A DNA stretch of 58,395 nt. Source: Thermoplasmatota archaeon. GTDB lineage: Archaea > Thermoplasmatota > Poseidoniia > Poseidoniales > Thalassarchaeaceae. Position 1 is the stretch's first letter, and each line of letters begins with the position of its first letter. The translations under genes and the position numbers were made by a program. Positions 36,843 through 47,131 of this stretch are shown piece by piece. The notes beneath the pieces are model-generated. The model saw nothing but the letters and a program-made list of their open reading frames with translations. It was not told where the DNA came from and made no database searches. The stretch spans positions 1 through 58,395 of the forward strand of contig JAYZFV010000034.1 of the NCBI GenBank assembly GCA_036336595.1. The letters are read 5' to 3'.

Positions 36843-39800
36843 TCTGATTCGCTCGTATAGCTTGCCAGTCAGCGGCATGTCATGCTCCCAAGCGAATTCC
36901 TTCATCACCCTCACAGCCTCCTTCTCGAGATCGGAATCACCCACGAAGTCTGTGATTTCTATCGTGTCGTTCCTCGTGTTTGCCTTGAAAGCGGCGATTG
37001 GCTCCTCCTTGTGGAACACGAGGTAGGCTGAGCCGTAGCCGAACCGCTCCCTGAGCAGACTTCCGAAGTAGTGAATCAGCGGGTCTGATGGTGGAATGAC
37101 AAGGTCCCTCGAAATAGAGAGGGCGTCGAGGTCCTCGAGCATGTCCTGGCGCCCCCAGCAGATGTCCTGCAGGTCATCGACTAGGAAACCCTTGATCAGT
37201 GTGCCATCTTCCTCGAACTCGTGCATCACGTCACTGATTTCCTCCGGGGAGAATGAAGAACCCGCCAAACGCTCTAATTGCTTCAGCGTGATGACGGGGT
37301 AGTTCTGGACCAGTTCCCTGAGATAGTCTCTCTTGATTCCCCACAAGTCAGCGTTCGGTAACTGTTCGACGGTCTTGAAACCGCCTCTGTAGTCTTGAAT
37401 CAGGTGACCGCTCCTGACTAGTGGCGATACGAGTTTACGGAAGTTGGATCTGCTCATGGCATTACGCTCCATGTATACGTCGGGGTCATTGTGCTCCCTG
37501 AAGAACTGTAAGATCTCCTCATCCTCGGACTCTATGGGCACGTTCCTGATGGTTAACAGATCCTGGAAGTGCCGATAACGGGCCCAAACCAGGTGTCCTC
37601 TGAGGTTGGAGCCCTGGTGTAACTGGTGCGCAGCGACCATCGAACTCAGGTTGACTCTGAACATCTCGCAGCGACCCCTCAGGGAGAAGTCGTCACGAAG
37701 CTCCCTGGTGTTCTCCAACGCTATTGTCTCGTTCTCCCACCTGCTATCCTGATGTAGCGAATGGTGGAGGAAGAGCGTTCTGTTGACTTTCTTCCTTGAA
37801 ATAGGGGCAACCACACCACCCCTGATGTACCTCTCATCATCGCCCATCGAGACGAAACCGAGGTCTGAGAGGATCAGTTGGATGTTTTCGTCGCAGTCGT
37901 GAACGGGAACGCCGTTGAAGGCATGCAGAACTGAGACATCGACCAAGCGATCACGATAGTTCTCGAGCAACTCCTCGAAGGTGGTCTTGAAATCGTCTAG
38001 GTAGGAGTGGGGGATGTTGATATCCTTGATCTCCAGGTAGTCGTTGACGACGAACATCAGGATCCTACCAATTGGATCCACGCCCTTGAAGACCGGGTAG
38101 TACCATCCTTGTTTGAGCAGGAGGCGAATCTCCTGGATAAATCGGCTACTGAACGGGTCGGACTGGGATAGGATTCTCATCTTCCTGTCTTCGGGAAGGG
38201 GGGACAGCAGGCGTTCGGCGTCCTCGGGCGATGCGTAGTAGTCCGTCGGGTCGGGTTGGAGTGTTACAATTCTAGAGATCGTTCCCTTCCTTTCCAGTTC
38301 CCTCAGAGCATCGGCCAACTCCTCGACGGGCCGGGCCACGAAGAAGCGCAGGGTATGAATCCGTACCGGTCCGATACGTGCAATGAGATGTGACAAGGCC
38401 TCATGAAATGGCAATGGCTCGATTCGGCCGTGCAAGCGTCTGAAAATGGCCATTGAGCGCTTCCTGTTCGGTACGTCGATGTACTGCTTGGCGACAGCCA
38501 GTTGGCGCTCCAGATTGGAAAGGGCTGACTTGAGGCTCCTCTGGACGTGGGCGTTTTCCTTCCCCTTGGGATAGTCTGCGAACAACTCCGAGCGTGAGGT
38601 TCCCTCCTCGGTTATCTTGTCTAGGAGTTCTTCCTCTAGTGGGCCTAGCCACGGATCGCCCCTTAGCCCGAGAAGCATTGGGAGTTGATTGCCGAGTGTG
38701 TAGCCAACGCGGTTGTGTAGCAGCCTGCCGTTGAAGATGTCCGAGTCGTGCTTGATGTCCTTCCAGTCACGGAACCTGTAGTTTGTCACTCTGTGCAGCA
38801 ACTCCTCCCTTCGTTGGACGAGCGCAAGGTTTCGAATTGCGTCAACGGGTTCGTCGAATGTCGCGAACGATTTGTGGAGGATGAGGGTCTGGAGAGTCCG
38901 ATAGTCGATGACATTGACTTGGCCACCGGTAATTCGGTACTCATCGACCCTGAGAATGAACTCGCCCTCGTCGGTCTGGGTGAAGAAGCCGATTGAGACT
39001 AGGTTGCGCATCTCAAGCTCTTGCAACACGGCCTCTACTTGGGCTGAGGGGAAGGGGAGTCTCAAACTGAGGGCCTCGGCGGTTTGCGGGCCCTCGGAGG
39101 CAAGCATGTCGAGTAGCTTGAGCCGTAGGCAGTCCATCGGGTCGGAGAGAGACCGCTTCCTCCAGCTGGAGGGGTTCCCGCCAACGAAAGACACCCCCAT
39201 CTCGTAGTGCAGACCCCCTGTGTAGAGCGCCCTCAGGTCATCCATCTCCGCGGCTCCAGCAATCGCTAGGCATCCCAGCGTACCATGGACCTCGGCCATC
39301 CTCATCGAGAACCACTTGTCATCGATCTTCTCGTGACCTGTGCCGCGAACCTTGGTAATCAGCTCGCGTTCGGCGAGCTCATGAACCCAACCACGAAGTG
39401 TATCGTAACCTATTGCCTTTAGCTTCTCACTGTACAGGGGATGCGTTAGCTTGCTCTCCAGACCGCCGCCCATGTCCATGAGTCTGAGGAGTTCGTTGGC
39501 GTTGGTCGGAACTACGACCTTGGACTGGTAGTATTCCCACAGTCGGGCCTCGTCCAGATCGGTCGCAAGGGAGCGGGCGCCGAGAAGGCGGCGTAGGATT
39601 TCAGGGTCTACATCCTTGATCAAGTAGGCACGTGTCCTGAGGGAGAGCAAGTCCTCGAACGAGGACATGAAGAGAGTCATGCCCAATGGGGAGGGCATCT
39701 TGACCCTGCGGTGAACGATTCGGACGTCCTCGCTTTCCATCCTGTTGATGAAGTCACTGAGCTGCCCCATGTCCAGATCAATGTTGAGTATCTCGCTCAT

Positions 39801-42125
39801 CGCCTCCCTGACAACCACGGAGTCCTCCATCTTCCTATGTCGATGCATGATCTGTTCGGCCTTCTGCTGGAATTGCTTGGGACTCACCTCCTCAGCACCA
39901 ATTCTCCGGGGGTTCAGCATGCTCCTTGATGCGACCTCCCTGAATCGCTTCGCGAAGAGCTGGGATTCGAGGAGGTACTGCTGCAGTGACTCCCCGCTAC
40001 CTCTGCCACTGAATACATTGGGGATTGCAGAGATCTCCACCTCGTGGCTAAGCTTGGCCATGAATCCATTCTCATCGAAGGAGAGTTCGTGAACGGCGAT
40101 GTTGTCCCTAGCCGCGATGCCCGCGAACAGGTAGCCAAGCGCGAGGTTGAACGCACGGCCCCTACATGTCGTCACTACGTAGGTTGGTAGAGGTGCCTCG
40201 ATCTGCTCGACCAGAATCCTGTCCTTCGAGGGGACTTGGAACGTCGTCGCAGAATGCTCATCCAGGAACTGCGTTAGTGCGTTGGCAACGGGTCGGTTCA
40301 GACCTAGGACGTCGACCAAAAAGGGCGTAATGCCCTTCCCTATTCGATATTGGACGGCGACGAGCGCAAGAAGTTCGAGGACCTCCTTGCTGAGCTCGTT
40401 GGTGCGACTCATCGCCTCCCCGGTCCAAGATGGGATTGTGGGTCGGTAACCCGTTGCGGATGTGACGTTGACTCTGGTCCCGATTACGCTTGAGACACGA
40501 TAGGTCGATCCGCCTAGCAGAAAGACGTCCCCGTTCCTTAAGCTCGAAACAAACGAGGAAGATAGCTGTCCGACTAGGGTTCCGTCTGATGTGAAGACGA
40601 GAAAGTTGCTGTCTGGGGCTATGGTTCCTATGTTGGTATAGTAGATCATCTGGGCAAATCCCCTCTTGCCAAAACGGTTCTCCTCCCAGTCGATCCACAT
40701 CCTCCTCTCCTCATCCAGAAGATCCAGCACCTCGATGTAGTCATCATAAGGCAATGACTTGTATGGCCAAGATGCGGAGACTAACTCGTAAGCCTCGTCG
40801 ATGTCCCATTCTCGGATGATCGTCAGTCCGATCAAAAACTGGGCTAGTACATCCAAGCAATTCTCTGGGAACCTCAGCAGGTCCATTTTCCCTGCGAGGA
40901 TGCCATTCTGAAGCGCTACTAGCTCGAGGAGATCATGTGGGGAGGTGGGCAATAACCGCGCTCTAGGCAGGCCGTCGACTTGGTGTCCGGCTCGGCCAAT
41001 CCTCTGCAAGGCCGTGGCAATCGACCCGGGAGAACCCACCTGAATGACCAAGTCCACTGAGCCGATGTCAATTCCCAGCTCTAGGCTGGATGAAGACACG
41101 ACGCATCTGAGTAGGCCGTTCTTCAGTCTTTGTTCGACGTCCACCCTGATTGTCTTGTCCATAGAGCCGTGATGTCCCTCTACTCCAAGGAGCCCCGCAA
41201 CCTTCAGACGCTGGACAAAGGTCTCTGTCATGTTCCTAGTGTTCACGAATACGAGTGTCGTAGTATGTGCCTCGACGAGTTCCTTGATGCGATCGATGTT
41301 GTGGTCGAGGATTTCCTTGACGGGAGTTGATGTGAAGCGGGGGGTTGGAAGTAGAATGTCTAGATCCAGTTCCCTAGATCCGGAGATCTTCGCGATCGAG
41401 ATTCTTTGAGGCTCCAAATCACTCTCCCGAGGATCGCTTGCCACGAGAAACTCAGCCACCTTATCCAGTGGCTCCATTGTAGCGCTGATGCCGATTCTCT
41501 GGACCGCCGAGTCAACCACCGAGTCCATCAGTGCGAGGCTGAGCGAGAGGTGCGTACCCCTCTTTGTCGGAACGAGGGAGTGCATCTCATCTATGATGAG
41601 CCACCCCAGATCATTCAGAAGCGGCCTGAACCTCTTGGACGCCAGCAACAATCCGAGTGATTCGGGAGTGGTGATAAGGATGTGAGGGGGCTTCCTCAGC
41701 ATCCTCTGGCGCTCCTTCTGGGGGGTGTCGCCTGTCCTGAGCCCGACCTTGATGTCCTGGGCCCTTCCGGGCAAGAACCGCTCCTTGATCTCGTTAAGTG
41801 GGCCGATAAGATTCTTCTGTATGTCATTGGCGAGGGCCTTGATCGGGGAGATGTAGATGCACTGGATTGTGTCGGGAAGGGAGCCGTCCAGCGACCTCCT
41901 GACTAGGTTGTCAATGATGGAGAGGAAGGCGGTCAGAGTCTTGCCCGAGCCGGTGGGAGAGCATAGCAGTAGGTGTTCGCCGTCCAGGATCTTTGGTATT
42001 GCGCTCTTCTGAGGGTCAGTGAAGTCATCGAACTTGTCCAAGAACCAGTTTCTAACAGGTGGACAGAGTCTACTGAGGATATCGTCTCCATCCGATAACT
42101 CATCTACATACGTAATTTCCGGCAT
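36828..42125 (-). CDS. lhr: Lhr-family SF2 helicase with very long C-terminal extension (1765 aa)
   Basis: SPTGSGKT, TTPESL, IIDEMH, SAT, HHGS, SSLELGIDIG, QRIGRAGH, DVLAQ, IGTI and PSW.GE motifs, followed by about 900 aa of winged-helix-like repeats. Confidence 0.93.
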   Translation of the reverse strand: MPEITYVDELSDGDDILSRLCPPVRNWFLDKFDDFTDPQKSAIPKILDGEHLLLCSPTGSGKTLTAFLSIIDNLVRRSLDGSLPDTIQCIYISPIKALANDIQKNLIGPLNEIKERFLPGRAQDIKVGLRTGDTPQKERQRMLRKPPHILITTPESLGLLLASKRFRPLLNDLGWLIIDEMHSLVPTKRGTHLSLSLALMDSVVDSAVQRIGISATMEPLDKVAEFLVASDPRESDLEPQRISIAKISGSRELDLDILLPTPRFTSTPVKEILDHNIDRIKELVEAHTTTLVFVNTRNMTETFVQRLKVAGLLGVEGHHGSMDKTIRVDVEQRLKNGLLRCVVSSSSLELGIDIGSVDLVIQVGSPGSIATALQRIGRAGHQVDGLPRARLLPTSPHDLLELVALQNGILAGKMDLLRFPENCLDVLAQFLIGLTIIREWDIDEAYELVSASWPYKSLPYDDYIEVLDLLDEERRMWIDWEENRFGKRGFAQMIYYTNIGTIAPDSNFLVFTSDGTLVGQLSSSFVSSLRNGDVFLLGGSTYRVSSVIGTRVNVTSATGYRPTIPSWTGEAMSRTNELSKEVLELLALVAVQYRIGKGITPFLVDVLGLNRPVANALTQFLDEHSATTFQVPSKDRILVEQIEAPLPTYVVTTCRGRAFNLALGYLFAGIAARDNIAVHELSFDENGFMAKLSHEVEISAIPNVFSGRGSGESLQQYLLESQLFAKRFREVASRSMLNPRRIGAEEVSPKQFQQKAEQIMHRHRKMEDSVVVREAMSEILNIDLDMGQLSDFINRMESEDVRIVHRRVKMPSPLGMTLFMSSFEDLLSLRTRAYLIKDVDPEILRRLLGARSLATDLDEARLWEYYQSKVVVPTNANELLRLMDMGGGLESKLTHPLYSEKLKAIGYDTLRGWVHELAERELITKVRGTGHEKIDDKWFSMRMAEVHGTLGCLAIAGAAEMDDLRALYTGGLHYEMGVSFVGGNPSSWRKRSLSDPMDCLRLKLLDMLASEGPQTAEALSLRLPFPSAQVEAVLQELEMRNLVSIGFFTQTDEGEFILRVDEYRITGGQVNVIDYRTLQTLILHKSFATFDEPVDAIRNLALVQRREELLHRVTNYRFRDWKDIKHDSDIFNGRLLHNRVGYTLGNQLPMLLGLRGDPWLGPLEEELLDKITEEGTSRSELFADYPKGKENAHVQRSLKSALSNLERQLAVAKQYIDVPNRKRSMAIFRRLHGRIEPLPFHEALSHLIARIGPVRIHTLRFFVARPVEELADALRELERKGTISRIVTLQPDPTDYYASPEDAERLLSPLPEDRKMRILSQSDPFSSRFIQEIRLLLKQGWYYPVFKGVDPIGRILMFVVNDYLEIKDINIPHSYLDDFKTTFEELLENYRDRLVDVSVLHAFNGVPVHDCDENIQLILSDLGFVSMGDDERYIRGGVVAPISRKKVNRTLFLHHSLHQDSRWENETIALENTRELRDDFSLRGRCEMFRVNLSSMVAAHQLHQGSNLRGHLVWARYRHFQDLLTIRNVPIESEDEEILQFFREHNDPDVYMERNAMSRSNFRKLVSPLVRSGHLIQDYRGGFKTVEQLPNADLWGIKRDYLRELVQNYPVITLKQLERLAGSSFSPEEISDVMHEFEEDGTLIKGFLVDDLQDICWGRQDMLEDLDALSISRDLVIPPSDPLIHYFGSLLRERFGYGSAYLVFHKEEPIAAFKANTRNDTIEITDFVGDSDLEKEAVRVMKEFAWEHDMPLTGKLYERIRSRMV

Positions 42126-42292
42126 TTTTCAGGCGCACCTTCGCGGGACAGGGAATTGGAGTCGTACATGAATGCTTCTCCGGTGCGGCCCGCATAACGC
42201 CTGTAGCAGCGTCGCGCAAATCGGACTCGTATCGCAATGGGACGTATTGCTCGGGAACCCTAGGATGGCTTGAAAACCATGATACGAGGTCG

Positions 42293-44020
42293 ATGGGCAC
42301 CATGAGTAACGAACGCCGACTGGGACGTTTGACCTCGCTGCTAAGACGCAGGGGAATCGTCCTGCCCTCCTACGAGATATACGGCGGAGTCTCTGGTTTG
42401 GTCGACTACGGACCCGTGGGTGCGAGGATCAAGCGAAAGGTCATCGACGTATGGGTCGATCATTGGACGAGCATTGGCAATGTGGTGGAGGTCGACTCGC
42501 CGACCATCACACCCGAGCCAGTGCTAGTAGCAAGTGGCCACGTGGACGAGTTCAACGACCACATGTCCGAGTGCGGTGCTTGCGGGGCCGTGTTCCGCAG
42601 CGATCACTTGCTCGAAGGGCTGCACCCAAACCCTGACTCTCTCGAGGCCTCCGAGCTGGATGACAAGATTACTGACAGCGCGATACCCTGTCCTAGCTGT
42701 GGTGGGTCCGAATGGAAGGGTGCTAGCCCGATGAACCTCATGTTCCCAACTAGGATCGGCGCGAAGCGCGGAGGCAGAGTGGCATACATGCGTCCTGAGA
42801 CGGCTCAAGGCATGTTCATGCTATATCCTGCGCTTTTCAGACACTTCAGGCAGAAGTTGCCTTTCGGCGCTATCCAAACCGGAAAGGGGTTCAGGAACGA
42901 GATCAGCCCCCGGCAGGGGATGATCCGCCTGCGGGAGTTCAACATGGCTGAGCTCGAGTACTTCATCGATCCAGACGAGCCCCCCAATCAGGACCTTGGT
43001 AGTTGGGACTCCAGCGTTTCGCTGCTACCTGACCCCGAGGGTCCGCACGCAGGAGAGCACTCGGTGACATTCAGCGAGGCTCTTGGTTCGGGGATTGTTA
43101 AGCACCCTACCGTGGCGTGGTTCTTAGCCCTGACTTGGGATTTCCTAGTCGATGTGGGGGTGGACCCGGAGCGCATTAGATTTCGTCAGCACGCTAGCAC
43201 CGAGATGGCTCACTACGCCGCCGATTGTTGGGACTGTGAACTCAATGGCGAGCATGGATGGGTAGAGGCAGTGGGAATCGCCAACAGAACCTGCCATGAC
43301 TTGCTATCTCACGAGGAGCACTCGGGATCCAAGTTGCTCAGGGGCTGGCGCCAATTCGACTCACCGCATACTGAGACAAGGGAGGTGCTAGCCCCCAACG
43401 GGGCAGTAATTGGTCCGGCCTTCAAGGGAGAAGCAGGCGCTGTAGTGGATGCACTCTCGGAATTGATAGATGTGCCAGACTCGCTTCCCTTCATGCTTCC
43501 CTTGGCTGACGGATCGGACGTCGAGATCACAGAGGAGATGGTCACAAGGAGAGTCGAGAAGGTGACCGTTCGTGGGGAGTACTTCACCCCTCACGTAATC
43601 GAACCAGCCTTCGGCATTGACCGGATAATCTGGCACATCCTGGACCATGGCTACAGCGAGACTGAGAAGGAAGGGGAGGAATATACGATACTCTGTCTGA
43701 AGCAGGACGTGGCTCCGTTCGACGTCGTCATCCTCCCTCTGTTCGACAAGGATGGCATGGGAGAGATAGCTAGGGAGATTTCTTCGAGAGTCGCCTCTAT
43801 GCCCGGAATACATGGAGATTTGGACGCAAGCAGATCGATTGGAAGGAGATATGCGAGGGCCGACGAGATCGGCGTGCCTTGGGCGATCACCGTAGACCAC
43901 GCCTCCTTGGACGACGGTACCGTTACCGTCAGACGCAGAGATGACCAAACGCAAGTGCGTGCAGAAGTCGAGTCGCTTCTCAGTCACCTTTACACGGGAA
44001 CAGTTTGCGACTTGTTCTAG
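42293..44020 (+). CDS. glyS: Glycine--tRNA ligase (alpha2, archaeal/eukaryotic type)
   Basis: YEIYGG, SGHVDEF, MRPETAQG, FRNEISPRQG, REFNMAE, EMAHYA.DCWD, IEPAFGIDR and SIGRRYAR.DEIG motifs. Confidence 0.97.
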   Translation: MGTMSNERRLGRLTSLLRRRGIVLPSYEIYGGVSGLVDYGPVGARIKRKVIDVWVDHWTSIGNVVEVDSPTITPEPVLVASGHVDEFNDHMSECGACGAVFRSDHLLEGLHPNPDSLEASELDDKITDSAIPCPSCGGSEWKGASPMNLMFPTRIGAKRGGRVAYMRPETAQGMFMLYPALFRHFRQKLPFGAIQTGKGFRNEISPRQGMIRLREFNMAELEYFIDPDEPPNQDLGSWDSSVSLLPDPEGPHAGEHSVTFSEALGSGIVKHPTVAWFLALTWDFLVDVGVDPERIRFRQHASTEMAHYAADCWDCELNGEHGWVEAVGIANRTCHDLLSHEEHSGSKLLRGWRQFDSPHTETREVLAPNGAVIGPAFKGEAGAVVDALSELIDVPDSLPFMLPLADGSDVEITEEMVTRRVEKVTVRGEYFTPHVIEPAFGIDRIIWHILDHGYSETEKEGEEYTILCLKQDVAPFDVVILPLFDKDGMGEIAREISSRVASMPGIHGDLDASRSIGRRYARADEIGVPWAITVDHASLDDGTVTVRRRDDQTQVRAEVESLLSHLYTGTVCDLF

Positions 44021-44034
44021 GGGGCCAACATCAA

Positions 44035-45573
44035 GTGGCGCCAATCGAAAATGACCCTGTGGTCGAGGTGGGCTCGAAGCATGACTGGACGGAGCGCTAT
44101 CGTCCCAACACCCTCTCAGGCCTTGAGGGAAACGAGGACCGCATCAAGAGGGTGCGTCAGTGGCTCGATCGCTGGGCCTCAGGCTCAGTTCCCAAAAAGA
44201 AGGGGTTGCTACTTTCGGGGCCTCCAGGAGTCGGAAAAACCACTCTGGCGCTGGCGGTTGCGGAAGACAGGGGGTGGACTGTCATCGAGCTCAATGCCTC
44301 CGAACAAAGGAACGCATCTGCAATCAGGGGCTCTGCGACTAGGGGCTCCCAGCACATCTCCCTCGACCAATTTTCCTCCGAAGGTCCCTCTTCGGGAAGG
44401 ACCCTGATCCTCCTCGACGAGGTGGACCACCTCAGCGGGGGCTTCGCAAGGGTCTCTGAGAAGAGGATTGAGAGGGCCCTTGAGCCAACTGAGGACGACT
44501 CGATAGTTCTGAGAGGGGACTCCGGTGGCAAGGCCGAGCTGCTTAACCTCCTGAGTTCGACACAACAGCCCGTAATCATGACTTGCAACGACCCGATGAG
44601 GTTGTGGGGCAGCGGGAGCGGCTGGAGGAGGAACAGGGACAGGCTCCTGAGGCTGGCTGAGAATGTCATTTTCCAGAGAGTAGGGGGGGCTGGCCTCAGG
44701 CGTGTTGCCCACAAGGTCCTCGACGCCGAGGGGATGAGCATTGACCCCGAGAGCCTCGATGCTCTGATTGGAGGCAACCCAGGTGATATCAGGGCGCTGG
44801 TCAAGGATCTTCAGTCACTATCGTCAACGAAGCGCGGTCACATCACCTTGTCCGCCGTCAGGAGCCTATCAGAGGTAGCGGTGAGGGATGCGCACGTGGA
44901 CGTCTTCAAGGCAATGAGGCAGGTCTACGGCAATCGCTCCGGCTCACAAGCCAGGAGGATCCTGATGAACTCCGACAAAGATCCCGACGAGATGATTGCC
45001 TGGTTCGCATGGAACAACCAGTCGGTGATGGATCAGCGGGGCCTTGCAGCCATCAGTCCGGCAATGTGTAGATCCGACTCATCCCTAGCGACTAAGTACA
45101 CCAATCGTGCCTTCAGATCCTGGTACTGGGGCGCTGCCCTGCCAGCTCAGGCAGCGGTGGCATACTCCCCAAGCACTGGAGGCTCGGACGCTTACATCGG
45201 GTATCCCGACTTCCTCAGGAGGGGTAGCGAGTCTTGGAGAACAGGGCATCTCGTTGAACGCCTCTCCGAACTGCTCGAATCGAGCAGGTCGTCGGTCCGG
45301 GAGGATCTGTGGCCCAACCTCCTGGCTGTCCATGACAGGCAACTGGGAGGTGACTCGAGTGACTTCTCTGTGGCGATCAGGCTTGGACTAAGCGCTGAAG
45401 ATCACCTAGCTCTTCACGGGATGCCCAAGTCCCACAGGGATGCCAAGAACATAATCGTCGCCTTCGAGGAAGTTAGGGGGAATCAAGAAGACAAAGGGGC
45501 AGAAGGATCAGGTGGGGGCGAAAGCGGTGATGCCCTCAATGGGACCCAGTTCACCCTGGACGGGTTCGACTAG
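44035..45573 (+). CDS. rfcL: Replication factor C large subunit
   Basis: WTERYRP, GPPGVGKTT, IELNAS, LLDEVD and GDIR motifs, plus a C-terminal PIP box QFTLDGF. Confidence 0.93.
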   Translation: MAPIENDPVVEVGSKHDWTERYRPNTLSGLEGNEDRIKRVRQWLDRWASGSVPKKKGLLLSGPPGVGKTTLALAVAEDRGWTVIELNASEQRNASAIRGSATRGSQHISLDQFSSEGPSSGRTLILLDEVDHLSGGFARVSEKRIERALEPTEDDSIVLRGDSGGKAELLNLLSSTQQPVIMTCNDPMRLWGSGSGWRRNRDRLLRLAENVIFQRVGGAGLRRVAHKVLDAEGMSIDPESLDALIGGNPGDIRALVKDLQSLSSTKRGHITLSAVRSLSEVAVRDAHVDVFKAMRQVYGNRSGSQARRILMNSDKDPDEMIAWFAWNNQSVMDQRGLAAISPAMCRSDSSLATKYTNRAFRSWYWGAALPAQAAVAYSPSTGGSDAYIGYPDFLRRGSESWRTGHLVERLSELLESSRSSVREDLWPNLLAVHDRQLGGDSSDFSVAIRLGLSAEDHLALHGMPKSHRDAKNIIVAFEEVRGNQEDKGAEGSGGGESGDALNGTQFTLDGFD

Positions 45574-47129
45574 TCGGGACCCCATGTTCGTGGGTGAAGA
45601 AGGACCAACACGGTCAGCAGTTCGAGACGCCCGAGCCACATCAGGAAAGTTGAGATGAGAAGAGATGGGTGACTGAGGCTTGCCCATGTGGAGGTTGGTC
45701 CGTAAGCACCCAGAGCCGGTCCCGTATTGCCTAGCAGGGAAATGACCACGGAAAGGATGGTCTCCATGTCGAGTTCCGTCTCTAGCATAGAGAACAGTAG
45801 CAAGGAGACCGTCGCCAGCACCAACCACGAACTGATCATCCCAATTATGATCCACACCTTGCTCTCCTCGATGACTTGCTCGTTAAAGCGAATCGCGACA
45901 ACCTTGCGCGGTTTGATTATCCTGAGCACCTCCCTCTTGGCTAGCTCGAACGCTATCCTGATTCGAAGAACCTTGAGTCCGCCCCCAGTAGAGCCAGCAG
46001 AGGCGCCGACTATCATCAGAAGCAGTAGGACGAACTTGCTGAAAACGGGCCAATTGGAGAAGTCGGCGCTGGAGTAGCCCGTGCTCGAAATGGATATGGC
46101 TTGGAATAGCGCCTGCCTGATGGCCTCGATGCCCCCGTTGGTGCCCGAGCTGTAGAGATTGAATGCCATAGCGAGCCATGCAAGGAGCAGGATCAGCAGG
46201 TAAGTGCGGAGCTCCTCGTCCTTCCAGACCTCCCTCGAACGACCGGCCATAGCGAAGTACAGGAGGCTGAAGTTGATGCAGGTTAGCAGCATGAATACCA
46301 TGAGTATCACCTCTATCCTAGCGGAGTCAAAGCTCATGATTCCCCCATCAGAGGTGGCGAATCCCCCCGAGGGGAGTGTGGTCAAGGAATAGTTGACCGC
46401 ATCGAAGGTGCCCATGCCGCCAACGAAGTTGAGGAGAGCCATCTCTGTCAGGGTCAAAGCGACGTAGATCGTCCAGAGCCGCCTAGCGGTGCTTTCCAGA
46501 CTTATCCCCAGCTGGGAGACGGAGGGGCCAGTCAACTCCGCCCTTGCTAGGGCCATCCCCCCGCCCAATGCCCTAGAGAGTATGAGCAAACCGAGCATGA
46601 TGACTCCCATGCCACCAAGCCACTGAGAGAGGGATCTCCATAGTATGAGGCTCCTTCTCTGGCTGCCGATGCAGTCTTGCTCGGCTCCCTCGAGGCAAAT
46701 CGGGCTGGTGGAGTGGTCAATTACGGTCGCACCAGTGGTAGTGAAGCCCGACATGGATTCGAACCAGGAATGGAGCAAGCCCGCCAATACGTCGGAGTGG
46801 GATGCAGTGCCGTCCATGTACTCGAATGGCCCGTAGAACATACCGCCAAGCCAGAATGGCAGGGCACCAACCGCAACCACTGGGATCCACCCAAGAGCCA
46901 CGGAGGCGAATGCCTCCCGATCCCTGACTCTGGTTGAGGCGTCTGCGTCCTTCGAGAGGGAGACGAGTGATTGGCCTAGAAGTGCGGCTAGGATCAAGGG
47001 GACGAGGAACGTCCTCAGACCCACTTCCAATCCCTCTTGGTGGCAGCTGTATACGGCGACCACTGCCAAAGGGATGGCGACTAGGCGGATCGTCCATCCC
47101 AGAACCAGTCCTACAACGTCCCAGCGCAT
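45570..47129 (-). CDS. trkH: Trk potassium uptake channel TrkH
   Basis: FESMSGFTTTGAT, QWLGGMG, STGY, GSTGGGLK, LGNTGP and MWLGRLE motifs. Confidence 0.95.
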   Translation of the reverse strand: MRWDVVGLVLGWTIRLVAIPLAVVAVYSCHQEGLEVGLRTFLVPLILAALLGQSLVSLSKDADASTRVRDREAFASVALGWIPVVAVGALPFWLGGMFYGPFEYMDGTASHSDVLAGLLHSWFESMSGFTTTGATVIDHSTSPICLEGAEQDCIGSQRRSLILWRSLSQWLGGMGVIMLGLLILSRALGGGMALARAELTGPSVSQLGISLESTARRLWTIYVALTLTEMALLNFVGGMGTFDAVNYSLTTLPSGGFATSDGGIMSFDSARIEVILMVFMLLTCINFSLLYFAMAGRSREVWKDEELRTYLLILLLAWLAMAFNLYSSGTNGGIEAIRQALFQAISISSTGYSSADFSNWPVFSKFVLLLLMIVGASAGSTGGGLKVLRIRIAFELAKREVLRIIKPRKVVAIRFNEQVIEESKVWIIIGMISSWLVLATVSLLLFSMLETELDMETILSVVISLLGNTGPALGAYGPTSTWASLSHPSLLISTFLMWLGRLELLTVLVLLHPRTWGPD

Positions 47130-47131
47130 GT

